DNA of 57,394 bases, counting the filler, from Basidioascus undulatus (Eukaryota): NCBI GenBank assembly GCA_000826855.1. It is 4 parts of 4 records of this genome, joined end to end, with 100 filler letters (N's around TTAATTAATTAA, not from the genome) between each part and the next. Parts side by side here need not be neighbours in the genome. Positions count along the whole stretch, not along the records: positions 1 to 9,221 come from JTLS01001279.1; positions 9,322 to 38,752 come from JTLS01000128.1; 2 more parts are not named here. One strand, written 5' to 3'. The position numbers and the translations under genes were made by a program. Positions 1-13,229 of this stretch are shown one piece after another (positions within the stretch are counted from its first letter, which is position 1; each line of letters starts with the position of its first letter). The notes under the pieces were generated by a model that saw nothing but the letters and a program-made list of their open reading frames with translations, had not been told where the DNA came from and did no database searches.

Positions 1-54
1 AAGGTGAGGTTCTTTCGTGTGGCGGTCCAGATAGACAGTGTTGACGGATGGTTT

Positions 55-2877
55 TCAAAGGTGAATATTCGGTGACGGGGCAGGCGGTGCGAGGTTCGTT
101 CGGGGTCTGGAGCGGGGATTGAGGGTGAAGAAGGTCGGAAATAGGGTGTGACGGGGGTTGGGGAGCGGAGCAATTCAGCCTGGGGCTGAGCGAGCGCGGC
201 GGCTCGTCTGTCAGGATAACGGACGAGGACGTCGATGCCAGCGGCTCGCCCAGGTGCCCACGCGGGGGCAGCGCGCGAAGCTGCTGGGAATCGAGCGCGA
301 AGGCCGGCTTGTCGGGCTCGTCGAAGAGGGCCATTGGGTCCGAGGGAAGACGTGGAGGGGCGAAAGGAAGACAAGGAAGCGCGAGAGGGTGGTACGGCAT
401 GTGGGCGAGCGATTGCGGGTAGAGGGGCGGAGACAGCGGGCGGAGAAGAGCGGGAGACAGCGAGGCAGGCGACGACTCGTCGGCTTCCCACTGCTCGAGC
501 TGAGCGCTGTGCGCGCTGCTCCGCCGCCTCGAGCGCCTTTCCGGGCGGGCGCTCGAAGACGGGACGGGGATCTCGTCGGCCTCGCTCTCGCGCATCCGCA
601 CCTTGAGCGACGGCTTGCGCTCGCGCTTCGGGCGTGCCGGGGCTGCTTCGTTCGACGTCGACGCCGCGGCCTGCTCGTGCGTCTGCTCCTGCTCGTCCGC
701 CTTGGCCGGCTCCATGACCTCCCAGGCAGACCTCAAGAACCCGACGGGCGGGGCCGGCGCAAATGGTGCGGCTGCGCGCGTGCGGCGGTTGGGGTCTGTA
801 CGCTTCGGTACTGAAGGCGGCGGAGGCGATGGCGAGAGGGGGGCGTGCGGTAGGCCGGCCGAACCCCTCCGCTTGAGCGGCTTGCGCTGCTGCGTCGATG
901 GGGATTGCGGTGGAGGTACCTCCTCCTGCCGGAGTGGGGCCGGTGCGGATGCGCGGTGCGCAGTCGAGCTCTTGCGAGAGCGCGATGCGGCAGCCTTCTT
1001 CGGCGCGACGGCGACCGCCCCGGTCAACGCGCGCTTTTCGGTACGGGACGCGGGCCCCGCAGGCGCAGGCGGAGGAACGGATGCTGTGACGGATGCTCGA
1101 CGGGCTGCGGCCGCCTCGCGAGGGGGAGGAGGCTGCGGCGGCGGTGGTGGGGGGACTTCGGACTCGCGGGGACCGCGCCGAGCTTCGGTGAACTTCCGCG
1201 TCCAGCTGCGGCCGGAGTTGTCCGGGATCGGGACACCCTTCTTGGGTCGTTCCGGCCAACCGAAGCCGAAGAGCTTTCGATGGCGTTCGCAGCTAGGTCA
1301 TTGCAGGGGGTCAGGGGATCAGGAACGAGAGAGGCAGTCGAGGCAGAGGCTCGTACCGATGGCACTCCCAGGGAATCCATACTGTTCTCCTGGTCGAGTC
1401 AGCGATGCACAGGGCGGTCAGGCGGGCGGTACGAGTACGCACTAGGGTCTTCCGGCTTGAACACGCCCTTGCAAGTCCTGCACTCATACTTCCAATCCAG
1501 AAGCCTGCGCGGCCCGTCTTCCTCCGACTCGTCCGGCGGAGGTGTGAGCGCGCTGCTCCCATCGCTCGGCGCGGGCGATTCTGCGCGCTCAGACGAGTCG
1601 GTGCGGTTCTGGCTGGTCGAGCGCGACGAGGAACAGCGCGGCGCTGGCGCTGCGAGGGCGGACATGCTCGACCGCTTGCGGAGGGAGAGCTTGCGGCGCG
1701 AGCTCGGGGACAGGTTGTGGAGGAACTGCTCGGCCAGCGTGACGTCCGGATGGTTCGGGTCCGCGAAGCCGCCGCGCCCGTTCGCTTCGCAGGTCGCGCA
1801 CAGGCACTCCTTGTTGTTCTCGCCGACTGTTCCCACGCCGGACATCAGCAACCATTTCGTGCGTCAGTAAGAAGGCGACCTCAACATACAGTAATTCTTT
1901 CCGTAGAAGACCAGGATCTCGTCCCCAACGCTGATGGGCTTGACGACCTTGAGCGTGAGGTAGTTGCCGACGCGGTGGAGCACCACGTTGTTGCTGCAGT
2001 CGTGGTTGGCAAAACGCGCAGGGCCGAGGAAGATCTGCGGGCCCTTGGCCTGGCTGGTGATGACCGACCCTGGCCCACGACGTTCTCCCTCCTCAGCGAC
2101 GCTACACGACTTCTTCGCACGGCAAGACGAGACTCACAGTCCTGGCCACCCTCGCCCCACCCATCTGACCCGGCTGTCCCGCGCAAATCCAACTCGTCCT
2201 GAGCCGAGAGCCGGACGAGCGTGCCCCGGCACGCGTCGAGGATGTCGCCCGGCTTGCGGGGGATGGTCGCGACGAGCGAGAGCTCGGCCTTGCCCGTCTT
2301 GTGCGCATAACGGTCGGAGGGCGTAATCTCGTACCCGGCTCCGTGGGTGTAAATGAGGAAGTAGTTCTCAGCGTGCCTGAGCCAGCCAATCCCATCTCGT
2401 TAGCTCGGAGTTGCTGAGCCCTCAGGCGAGGGGGACAAGGAGCTGGCGTACTCAGAAAAGAGTGTGCGCTGAAGCTCGTCGCCTTTGTGGTGCTTCTTGA
2501 TCACGTCCAAGCTGTACGCAGTGAACGGGGACATTCAGCTGCGAGGCGCAGTCGGAGAGCGCTCCGGCTGGGGAGGACGCACCCAAGAAGCTCCTGCACG
2601 GCGCCCTTGATGTCGCCTTCAACGATCGCCTTGCGCTGCACAATGTCGAGGACCGCCTTCTCGTCGGCTCTGGGGCGACGGAAGTTTTTGTTCATCTTGT
2701 GGGACTCGAGGTGGTTCGGGAACCCGCCTGAGAGGGTGTCGACGAAGAGCGCGTTCAAGAGGTCATCTGGCCGAGCGGGGTGAGAGCTCTGATGAGCGGG
2801 AGCTGCCCCAGAGACGCCCTGTACCCGTGAAGAGCCGTTTACTGGAGCACATACCGTGATTTGCGAGGTCGCGCCAT
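55..2877 (-). CDS. SET9: Histone H4K20 methyltransferase (Set9/KMT5 family), multi-exon
   Basis: Spliced minus-strand translation gives N-terminal 'DDLLNALFVDTL...HKMNKNFR', SET core 'IFLGPARFANHDCSNNV...ISVGDEILVFYGKNY' and post-SET 'GENNKECLCATCEANGRGGF', then a long low-complexity tail. Start (MARPRKS, then a GTATGT donor) and stop are tentative. Confidence 0.85.
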
Positions 2878-3467
2878 GTGTACGCGCTCGCCTTGGACGC
2901 GGACGGCATCGCAGCCGCAAGCGCAACGGCTACGGCTCAGCTCGACGCGGCGGACGAATGGCGGCGTAAGCGATGAAAGGGACTCGGTCGATGGGGGCTG
3001 CGCGCTCTAAATCAAGAAAAAGAATATGAGGCCAGTAGAGTGTATGCGAGTTTGTGATGGTAGAGGGTAAAGGGTAGGTCATCAACGGCCAGACGCGTCA
3101 AGTTGGAGCCGGGCCGGCGTTGGGAACCGAGGAGTGTCCGCGGACGAAGGGCGAGCGGCCCTTCAGTCTGCCTCGACAGCTTGCCTCTCGCCGTCACCAT
3201 CCCTGGGGCATCCGCTCCCAGAAACGCATATATACTTTGATTTCAAACACGTCTACTAGCCCTCGTTTCCTGCCTGCGCTCTGCTTTTCGTCCGCTCGCA
3301 TCGCTCACCGTCCGCTCGCGCTTTCCGTTAGCTCGCTCACGCCCCTGACACTTTCATCGAGCCTGACGCACACCGTGCGGACTCCTTCACATTTGGGTCC
3401 ATCCCATCCCCGTACTCATCTCCAGATACGCATACGCATTATTCTTAACGTAGGCTGGTTGAGCAAG

Positions 3468-6400
3468 ATGACCGGGGACGAGGACGCGCTCATCCAGGAC
3501 GCCCGTCGCGCACTGTCCGATACGCCTGTACCCGGACCCGGCTCGCCCGACGAAGACGTCCGCTCGCACTTCGTGTTCACCCAGGTCCGTCTCACACCCT
3601 TTGAATCCCCGGACTCTTAGCTCATGGACCGCCACCTCCAGGTTACTCCGTACGGTCAGCCGCCGTCGAGGCCCTCCTTCACGCTCTCGGACGACGAGGA
3701 CGGCTACGAAAGCCCGCACGGCGGCGTCGAGCACCACCACGCCAACTCTCCCCCAACGAGGTACCATGAGTACTCGCGCTCTGCGTTGCCGCACCAGCAC
3801 ACGCCACGAGCCGTTCCTAACCCCGGCACCGCCACGCTGCAACGCTTCGCCCCCGCCGGCGAGGGCCAGCACAAAGCGTCTTCGTCCCGCCCAGTCTCCT
3901 TCCAGCCGAAGCGCTCCGCGACAAAGCCCCTCGTATCCGGCGCTTCATCCTCGCGGCAGTCCACCGTCGGGGCGGCGGAGGCGCCCCCAGTCGTCGACCG
4001 CGTCACTGCGATATGGCAGGAGCAGGCTGCGGAGCTGGAAGAGCAGGTGCGGCGTTACCCGCCATGAACACCGGAACACCCTTCTGACAGTCTATCACTC
4101 TTAGAGGAGGCTCGCAGCGTCCCTCGCGCAGCAGGTCGAGCAGCTCGAGCACGAGAACGCCAAGCACCAGGCGCAACGTCAGGCCGACCGCAATAAGTAC
4201 GCCGACGAGCTCGCCGAGGCCAAGGAGAACGCTCAGAAGCACGCTCTACAGATGGTTCGTTTTCCCCTCTTCGGCATTGCACGTTTCCCTCTGCCACAGG
4301 CCTGACCGTCTTCTGTCGCTGCGTGCAGATCCAGCAAATCAAGATGACCGCGAAGGCCAAGCTCCGCAACGCGCAGGACATGTACGTATTGATTCTGCTT
4401 TTGAATCTGCACGCACCTCGACTGACGCCGAACTCTCTGTTCTCGCAGCATCGACAAGGCGGAAGAGCAGCTGGCAACGGACCGCAAGGGCGTGACCGAC
4501 GCTGTCGAGTACTGCCTCACGCTCGTCGCCGGCGCGCCCGAACTTGAAGGTCTTCGCAAGGCCGCGTCGGAGAGTATGTCTTTCTTCCGCTGACTGTGTC
4601 GCTGACAGAAGCTGACCGCTTTCTGTTTCTTTTACAGAGGCCGATGCGCTCGCCGGTGCGGAGGGGGTCCTCGAGAAGATCAAGAAGCAATACAAGGAGG
4701 TCACCGGGACGCTGCGCGATGAGAACAACCAGAGTGCGTCCCCGTCGCTGATGCCGCCCGTGACAAATGGATCTGAAACGTGCCCTCCTGCAGAGCAACA
4801 CGTCGTGGACATCCTCCGTGACGACCTCATGGTCAAGAGCGGCGAGCTGGCTGCCGCGCGGAGCCGCATCGCGGATCTGGAGGCGCAGAACACGAACTAT
4901 CTCGTCCAGATGAGTTCCGCATCCAAGGGCTTCGAGCACGCAGGTACGTCTTCGGCCCCTCTCCCCTCGCCCCATCTTCACGCGCGCCGTCGCGTCATCT
5001 GAATGTGGTGCAACCCGCCGGCAGACAAGTTGTACGAGAAGCTGTCGGCCCTCCACGAAACGCTGCATACGGATGCGCACGGGTCGCTCGCGCGTGCGGC
5101 GGAGCTCGAGCGCCTCAATCTGCTCGCGGAAGGAGTGCGTGGCCATCGGTCTTTTCGCTTTACACTCCCCTGCTTACCCGTTTCGCTGCTCTGCTAGCGC
5201 TCTGCGAGGGATAGCGAGACCATCGCGCTCCTTAAGACGCAGCTCGCCGAGGAAACGACCAAGCTGAAGGCCACGATCGCCGAGCAAAACCAAAAGTGCG
5301 CTGTGTTCCCGTCAGACCGTTTTGCCGGCATCGCTGACCTTCCTCCCCGTCCGCGTTGCAGGATCGAAGAGCTTTCCGTCCTCGCTAGGACGCGCGAGCT
5401 GGACCTCAACTGTGCGCGCGCGGACCACGCGGCGCTCGACGCGCAGCACAAGGAAGCGGTCAAGCGGCTCGAGGCGTCGCTCGCCGGCTCGGCCGCTCAG
5501 CTCAAGACGTTCGAGGGGGAGATGCGCGCAAAGCTGGCGACGAAGGAGGAGCACGAGAAAAGGTGTGTTCGCCTTCGCTGTCTGCGTATACGCGTCGTGT
5601 TCGCTCATGGTCTGTTCTTCGCGTTAGGCTGTCGGCGCGTTACGAGGCGCAAGGGAAGGATCTGGCGGACCACAAGAAGGTGCGAGGGTCTGTGAACGCT
5701 GACTGAGGGGGAGCTTCGCTAAACTTCGGAGGGTGAGCAGAAGAGCCAGGACCAGCTGCAGAAGCTTTCGAAGGAGAAGGACGCGATGGGGAAGCAGATC
5801 AACGAGCTTGAGGTGCGACGGTCGAACCTCAACGGCTCCGAGAGCAACTCATCTGACTACTGCTTTTTGCCTCGGTGTAGACCAAGCTCAAAGCGGAGCG
5901 TGCGGACTCGGCATCCCGCGAGCGCGTCATGCAGGAGAAGGTGGCCTACCTCCGTGATACGTCGTGTAGATGGATGTCAGCTTACCTGTGCAAGCTTTGC
6001 TTTTATAGCACGACAAGGAGCTCGCCACGCAGCAAGCGTCCAGCGACGAGAAGCTCGCGGCGCAACTCGCGGCGCACGTCGAGGCGCAATCCAAGCTCTC
6101 GACAGACATTCAGCAGACGAAGGACGCGTACGAAGCGACGCTCGAAGAGATGCGCTCCGCCGCGTCGACATCCTCCGAGCGTATCAAGGCTCTGACCGCG
6201 GACGGGGAGCGCACGAGCGCCGAGCTGCGCCAGGCTCAGGAGGAGCTGGAGGCTGCCAGTGCAGAGATCAAGCGCCTCGCGGAGGCGGAAACTGCGCACG
6301 CGAGCACGATCGCGCAGCAGGCGAGCAAGGCGGGCGAGCGCGACCGCCGCGTCGAAGAGCTCGCGGCGAGGGTGGCAGAGCTCGAGGGGACGCTCGCGGA

Positions 6401-7609
6401 GGTCGAGGGGACGCTCGTCCAGGTCAGGGAGAGCGCGGAGGCGCTTCGGGAGGAGAAGGCGGAGATGGAGAGGCGGGGGGCGGAGAAGGACGCGGAGACC
6501 ATCACGGATCGCTACCAGCAGCACAAGCTCGTGAGAGATGCAAACTACCCCTCGATCCGGTGCGCGTGTCGTTCGTGCTGATGTGTCGTGACTTGCGCTG
6601 TAGACGCCGGCGGAGCAGGCGTTCATGCAGCTCGTGCTCGAGCAAGCCGCAAGCCTCCACGGGAAGCAGCTCGCGGAGAAGGACAACGAGAACCACAAAG
6701 TGCGATTCAACTGCCTCGCATCTCCTATCTTTTCTCGGATACTGATTCGAGAGGGATGACTGGTTCCCCAACAGCTCAAGAGCCAGATCCGCACCCTCGA
6801 GAAGCACACGAAGACGCTGGAAGGTCAACTGTCGCGCCAGCTTGACAATGTCGTGCGTGTTCCAGCTTTCATCTGGTGTCGGACGTTGCTAAAGGGCGCT
6901 CATGCATCCGCAGTCCAAGGCACGTTCGGCTGCGGGTCTGGCGCCGCGCTCCCTCGTCGAGCCCGAGGCGTTCGCTTCCTCTGACTCCCTTCCGATGGAC
7001 GAGGTGAGCCTATAATGAATCATCCGCTCCGGACTGTAAGCCGGCAACTGAACTGATCATCGCTGTCCTTCAGCCCGAGCCTGCCATCACATCCGTCCCG
7101 CCGCCGCCGCCGCCTGCTCCGGCGGTCACGAAGAAGAAGGCTGCGCGCGAGCGCCCGGCGCTGGTCACACTCGCGGGCATAGACGCACTGGCCGAGGACG
7201 CGGAGGAGGATCCGGTCGAGCTGCTCGGCGGCAGCGGCAGCGCCGGCAAGGAGAACGGCGGGAAGCGCGCGCACGAGGACCCCGCCGCCGCTGCGGGCCC
7301 GAGCCAGAAGCGCACCAAGGCCGCGGCGGACATGCCCCAGACCAGGGCCGCTGCTCGTCGTCAGGTACGTTGTCCCTTCCGCCGCTGTCCGATGCCATGT
7401 GGCTCTCGATGCCGCTTGCTGATGTGCGTGTGAATGTAGAGCATGCACATGCCAGGGCCGGAGTCGATCGTGTCGAGCTCGGAGGACTCGCCGGTAAGCA
7501 TGCGAGCGGCGCCCGCGCTACCCAGCATGGCAACTCAAACCTACTCCTTCCTCGTCAGGCTCACCCGATCAAAGCGAAGGGCAAGCCCGCTGCGGCGCGC
7601 CGCCGCTGA
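3468..7609 (+). CDS. Large multi-exon coiled-coil protein of unknown function
   Basis: Many short GT-AG introns join a disordered N-terminus (MTGDEDALIQDARRALSD...), long heptad-like E/K/A/Q/L-rich exons (e.g. 'AELRQAQEELEAASAEIKRLAEAE') and a basic tail ending KAKGKPAAARRR*. Confidence 0.7.
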
Positions 7610-8015
7610 GCACGGGCGGGGCATCTGGGGATCATGGAAGCTATTTCGCGTTTTGTTGTACTCCAGGCATTTGTACCTCTGTCCGTATTGATCGAGCGTC
7701 CGTAAGACGCAGTTACCAGGACAATACCAGGAAAGGAACGTTGAGCTGCACACGTCGCCTTGGGGGAGAGAAGTGCTTGCCTGTGGAAAGGACAATCCAT
7801 CAGACTAAGCGGGCTCGGTACGCTCGGTTTCAACCAATTTTTTTCGGCTGTAGATGGACACCTGGCAAACATATTGACAAAGGTTCCTAGAGGTCCTGCA
7901 AAAGGAGCCCGAGACGCGTGTGGCGTGGTCAGCAGCTCGTTCTCGAAAGTGCCACCACATGCTTCACAGTGCACAAGCTGAGGTCTAGCAATAATGTATC
8001 CGACCTCGAAACCAT

Positions 8016-9221
8016 CTACCGTCCACGCCCACCAACCTCGCTCTCCTCAGCACTAGCATCGCTGAGCCCGCCTCCCTTCCCACCAGCACTAACGAAGCTC
8101 TCCTCCGCAGCCGCCCCAAACGCCATCGTCCTCTCCACATCGCTGTCCTCGTCCTCTTCCTCCTTCTGGCCCTCCCCGTCCCCCTCCTCCTCCTCCTCGC
8201 TCAGCATCCCCGCGCGCTCGAGCGCCTTCAACCTCGCCCTCTCTGCCTGCGCGACCTGCTTCTCCTCCGCTTCTTTCCGCCTGTAGCAGCCGCGCACGAC
8301 GTCCCCCCATCGTAGGGGGGCGTGGCAGGCGGGACAGGCGCCAAGGGAGGGGAGTATCTGGGACGGCGTGAGGGACGGGGTGGAGGTGGGTGCGGAAGAG
8401 GATCCGGGGGTCGGTGCGGAAGAGGAAGAGGAGGAAGGGGATGGAGCGGGATGAGAGAGGAAGTGCGTTGCGAGGCAGGTTAGGTGCGCGACGGACACAC
8501 AGGAAGATGGGAGCGGGCAGAGCGCGAGTTGGAGGTGGTCCTGCATTCGGGTTTGGGTGGGCGCGGGTGAGAAGTGCGGTGCTGGGTGAGGAGAGGGGAG
8601 GCGGGGACGGACGCACGACGAGATATACTTGCTTGCGGCAGATTGCGCAGGGAAGTTGGTGCGATGGGTGGGCTTCCAGGAGGTGCAGGTGCTTGGACAC
8701 GTGGTGGGCTTCGAAATCCTCTGTCGTTCCCCGACGGCACGTCAGCGAGCCCGAGCGAAAAGAAAGTCAGCATCGAAAATCTCCCACTCACCATCCTTCA
8801 CCGCCAACCTCCCCGTCTCATGCAACCCCTCGACATCCTCCGCCCTGCCCTCGCCGAGCCCATCCACCCCCCCAAAATCCCTAACGACCCTTACGCCCCT
8901 CTCCTCGACACCCCCAAATGCCAGTGCGACGCGCCGGTTCCTCGCCGCGGCTGTCAGGGCGGCTCCGCCCGTCGGAGGCGGCGCATCCGCCTCGCAGGCG
9001 TCCCACACCTTCGCGGCGTCGCGCGAGAAGAGGCGCACGTCGAGCGGCCAGCCGGCGAAGGGCGCGAGGGACAGCATCGCGCGCGCTACGGCGATGTGCG
9101 ATGCTAGATCCGATGGGCGCGAGAAGAGCGCGCCGCTGGAGGAGGAGCGCAGGTGCCGGGACTTGGCCGGCTTTTGGAGGGCCCATTCGAACTGCCGCGG
9201 GGGGGCGGGGGTGAGAAGGAG
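8016..9221 (-). CDS. SLX1: Structure-specific endonuclease subunit SLX1, 3' part (5' end lost in gap)
   Basis: 'QFEWALQKPAKSRHLR' matches the Slx1 FEWAWQ motif. C-terminal Zn finger: 'CAIC...LCP...CVSVAHLTCLATHFL...LPSLGACPACHAPLRWGDVVRGCY'. Intron at about 8545-8626. Confidence 0.85.
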
Positions 9222-9321
9222 NNNNNNNNNNNNNNNNNNNNNNNNNNNNNNNNNNNNNNNNNNNNTTAATTAATTAANNNNNNNNNNNNNNNNNNNNNNN
9301 NNNNNNNNNNNNNNNNNNNNN
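9222..9321. other. Assembly gap linker (N44-TTAATTAATTAA-N44)
   Basis: Exactly 100 bp with a core carrying stops in all six frames; identical at three sites. Confidence 0.97.
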
Positions 9322-9642
9322 TCCGCCCAGCTCCTTCTCCCCTTCCTCCTTCCCCCTCCTTCTCCTCCCCCTTCCCCGTCCCAGCGTCCGATCCAGCTTC
9401 TGCAGCCCGCGCTCGAGCAGCGCGCTCTGCTCCGCCTGATCCAGCAGTTCGGGGTAGAAGACAAAGTCCTCGGGCGGGATAGGGCTGCGCGTGGATTCGG
9501 AGAGACGGGAGATGTCGATGTAGGGCGCGAGATCGGCGGTGGGGGAGGCGAGGGTGAGGCGCAGCGGTCGGGAGGGGGCGGTGGAGAGCGCGCGGGTTAG
9601 GGGGAAGAGCGGGGAGAGCCGGAGGGGCGGGAAGGGGGGCAT
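9322..9642 (-). CDS. ALKBH7: AlkB homolog 7-like mitochondrial 2OG-Fe(II) dioxygenase, 5' part (truncated by gap)
   Basis: Arg/Ser/Leu-rich presequence-like N-terminus (MPPFPPLRLSPLFPLTRALSTAPSR) followed by 'DFVFYPELLDQAEQSALLERGLQKLD', resembling fungal ALKBH7 N-termini. The catalytic part is not visible. Confidence 0.55.
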
Positions 9643-9976
9643 GATGAAGGTGGTGCAGGACAGGTGGGAGCAAGAGGAAGAGAGGTTGCGTGGATGGAGG
9701 AGCGATATGAAGGCAAGAAGCAAGAAGGCAACGAGGAAGACGCGCGAGGACTCGCACTGCGTCCGGCAGTCGCCGCGCCCGCCGACCGACGTCCGTTCTC
9801 TCAAGTTGACACATAACTCAGATAACCGCCGAGAAATTGCAGATATCCACCCCGGGAAACAGATGACCTCCATGTCTCGCTTACAGGAAGTGCACGCGGT
9901 CAGCCTGGCAGCGCGCTCTCGCAACCCCATTTTCTCTCTCGCTCGCTCATTCATATTGATCCATCATAGGATCCTC

Positions 9977-11539
9977 CTACTCCTTCTTTCCCTCGCCCTC
10001 GCTCTTCTTCTCCTCGCCCTTCTTCTTCTCCCCCTCCGCCGCCGCGGGCTCCGCGTCCAGCCTGAGCTCCGCACGCGAGTTCGTCAGCTTGTTGTCTACC
10101 AGGTCGTGCAGCTGTATCGACCACAAAAGAATTAGTCAATTATGCCAAACAGAACGAGGAGGGGAGACGGGAAATGAACCTTGACGACCGCACGGACAAG
10201 CGACGACAGGAAGACGACGAGCATCATGTCGTTCCCCTCGCGCGCGACCGCCTTGACCATCTCGTCGCTCTGCAGCTCGGCCCCGGGGAGCAAGTCCGAG
10301 ATCTCTTGCAGGTCGTAGAGGATCGCGTGGTTTACGGGGAGGGTGCCGGCGCGGACCTATCGCAGACGGGGAAGACGCACCTCAAGTCAGTACGGCATTC
10401 GGGTAGGCCAGGTGATTGGAGGGAGGAGAAAAGAGAGCGAAAACTCGCACCTGATCCAGATACTGGGAGATGAGCGTGAGGCGGCTCGCGAGCCCCCGGA
10501 GGGACGCTAGGAGGGTGGAGATGCGCGTGGCGAGCGTCTGGCCGCCGAGGAGGGAGAAGGACGCGTTGGATGCGGACGTGGGGCGCACGTCGCGCAGCAG
10601 GTGCTCGACGCCGATCTCTTCCGCCTCCTCCGCTACGATCTGCGACGGGATGTGCAGGAACGTCTTGGCGGGCGGGGTGCCGTCCTGTGGACCGGTGGGG
10701 AACAGCTCAGTTAGACGCCATGTCGCACGGGGAGGAGGGAAGGGCAAGTTGGGGGAGGTTGGAATGGAAAGATGGGGGGAAGTGCGAGTGGAAAGAGAGG
10801 GATGAAATAAGGAAAGGGAATCCAAGACGCACCTCCCGAACCTCCTCAACCTGCAAGTACGCCTCGGCCGGCACGCTCTCGTCCGCGGCAAGCTCGTCGA
10901 GATTCTGCGAGCCGACGTCGACGACGACCATGACCGGGCGTGTGGTGTAGCGCTTAAAGAGCTCGTTGATCTCGAGGTCGGACGCGCGGAGGGACGGGCC
11001 AGAGTGGTAGAAGCCGATGAGCTTCTCCCGGGCTACCACCCACCCCCAATCTCAGCATCAGCACCCCCGCCTTCCGACCAAAAATGCAGGGGAACGCACC
11101 ATTCACTTTCCGGAACATGGCGGCCATGCTCTCCACAAAGTCGTGATCCAAGAACCACGTCTTTGGGTCCTTCTCGTCCTCCTCGAACGGGACGGCGAAC
11201 GAGTTGGCGACGTTGATGACCTTGCCGTTGTCCTGCCCGAGGAGACACCCCACGACGCGCTTCTTGGACCCGCGCGCGGCCCGCGAGTGGTGATCCACTG
11301 TCGAAAGTGGGCGAAGGAAGACGAGGGAGGGAGAAGGGTGGAGGGGCGTGTCAGCAGGCGGGGAGGGCGAGGGGATGGGGTGGGGCGAGAGGGTTACCGA
11401 TTGAGAGGAGGACGAGCGGGTGGACGTGGCATTCGGTTTGGGAAAGGGTGGCGATCTGCGGGAAGTACAGAGGTCAGGTCGCGTCCTCCCAGAGGTCTGC
11501 AGGCGTGAGGCGCACCTGCTCAGCCGTAAGCGCGACCAT
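9977..11539 (-). CDS. RPN8: 26S proteasome lid subunit Rpn8 (MPN domain), multi-exon
   Basis: '[46 protein letters not shown]', '[28 protein letters not shown]', '[16 protein letters not shown]', plus a Lys/Glu-rich tail. Confidence 0.95.
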
Positions 11540-11928
11540 CCTGCTCTACGTTTAGTGGATTCTCCTGGAAAATGTGCGTGTGTGCGGTGTGGGTAATGTA
11601 GAATGGAGGAGGATAAGAAGATGAGAGTGGAAATGCGTAGGCTGCGTGCGTAGTTATGGAGAAGACGCCTTGATGGAAGTGGGCGAGAGTGCGTCAGTTC
11701 CAGGACGATGCGTGCGGAGGTTACGGCTGCCTCCTGGACCGGGCCGATCAACCTCCCTTCCCCTCTCCATCAACCACCCACCCTTACCCTCTACTCATAT
11801 TTCCTCATCATTCCAAGCGCACTAACAGAACACCTAAGAAACATCGATCGTTCCTCGTCCCCCGAGCTCAAACCACCTCGGACCGCATCCTCTCCTCCGC
11901 TCCGAATCGATCGCTCGCACGACCCGCC

Positions 11929-12953
11929 ATGTCCCCAGGTTCACAACTGAACTGGGACTTTATCCTCAAGTTCGTGCTTTCCTCCCATAGCACGGGAACA
12001 ATGACCTCACGTTTGGAATGGCCTACATCCTCAGATTCGTTATCGTCGGCGACTCGGGCGTCGGCAAGTCGTCCCTCCTCGTCCGCTTCACAGACGACCG
12101 CTTCCTCCAAGCGCCCGATCCCACCGTGCGTTCCCCCGCCACCGCCCCCTTACGCCCTTCCCGGCCCCGCGAACCTCAACCTACTTTCCCCCTACTCAGA
12201 TCGGGGTCGAGTTCGGCTCCCGAATAGTGGAGATCCCCGAGTCCGGAAAGCGCCTCAAACTGCAATGGTTGTCGCTCCCTCCCCATCCCCTTTCTTCACG
12301 AGCGTTCTTCTTGTTAACGCAACGCCCATATCCAGCTGGGACACAGCCGGGCAAGAGTCCTTCCGCTCCCTCACGCGCTCGTACTACCGCGGCGCCGCGG
12401 GCTCCCTGCTCGTGTACAACCCGACCTCGCGCGCGTCGTTCGCGTCCCTCCCGCACTGGCTCGCCGACGTCCGGCAGCACGCCGACGAGAATCTGAGCAC
12501 GCTCATCGTCGCGAACAAGTGCGATTTGCCGGAGGAGGACTGGGAGGTCCCGAGCGAGGAGGGGAGGCAGTGGGCAAAGGAGATGGAGTGCGGGTTCTTG
12601 GAGGTTAGCGCAAGGACGGGGGTGGGGGTGGAGGAGGTGCGTAGGACGGTCTTCACTCTTGTTCTTCTGGAGAAGAGAGAGGGATGCTGAAGCTCGCGGG
12701 GCGAGACAGGCATTCGACAAAACAGCGCGGGAGATCCTAGAAAAGATCAGAGCGGGCGTGTTCGATCGACATCCCGTGTGTCCCTTCCTTTTCGTTTCTT
12801 CCTCTCAAAACGCAGACTGCTCCACTCTGACAACGGGGACCTACCCAGCCGGCGGGGATCAAGTCCGCCGACTCACGCGCCAAGCTCTCGGGCGGGCTGC
12901 AGCTGTCGGACGGGCAGGGGGCGGGAGGAAGCGGGTGCTGTGGCGGTGGTTGA
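11929..12953 (+). CDS. RAB2: Rab family GTPase (Rab2-like)
   Basis: G1 GDSGVGKS, effector 'IGVEFG', G3 'WDTAGQESFRSLTRSYYRGAAG', G4 'NKCD', G5 'EVSAR', and C-terminal prenylation motif 'GSGCCGGG*' after splicing. Confidence 0.85.
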
Positions 12954-13229
12954 TGGGCTACATTGTCTGGATGCAGAACATCAGTTCGAGGAACTGAGAC
13001 GACTTTGAATAATGAGCGGTGTACGAGTTGGCTTGTTTGTACCAAAGAGAGTTGCTGTCAGAAATTTGCGCTGTGTGGGCTGCACACTTTCCGTGGAGCC
13101 TTTTAACTCGTGTGAACTACCGCCAGTCTCTTTCGCAGTAGAAAGCGGCGGAGTCGAGCCGCCGATAGAATGAGCTCCTAAGGGACAGACCACACTGCTA
13201 AGCACTTCTGCTAATCGGCTTGGCGTGCT

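Noticed and set aside
9266..9277. TTAATTAATTAA palindrome recurring three times (also 38797-38808 and 48118-48129)
   Set aside because: Always centred in exactly 100 bp of N padding. It is an artificial all-frame-stop linker, and the true gaps must be longer because gene ends are missing.
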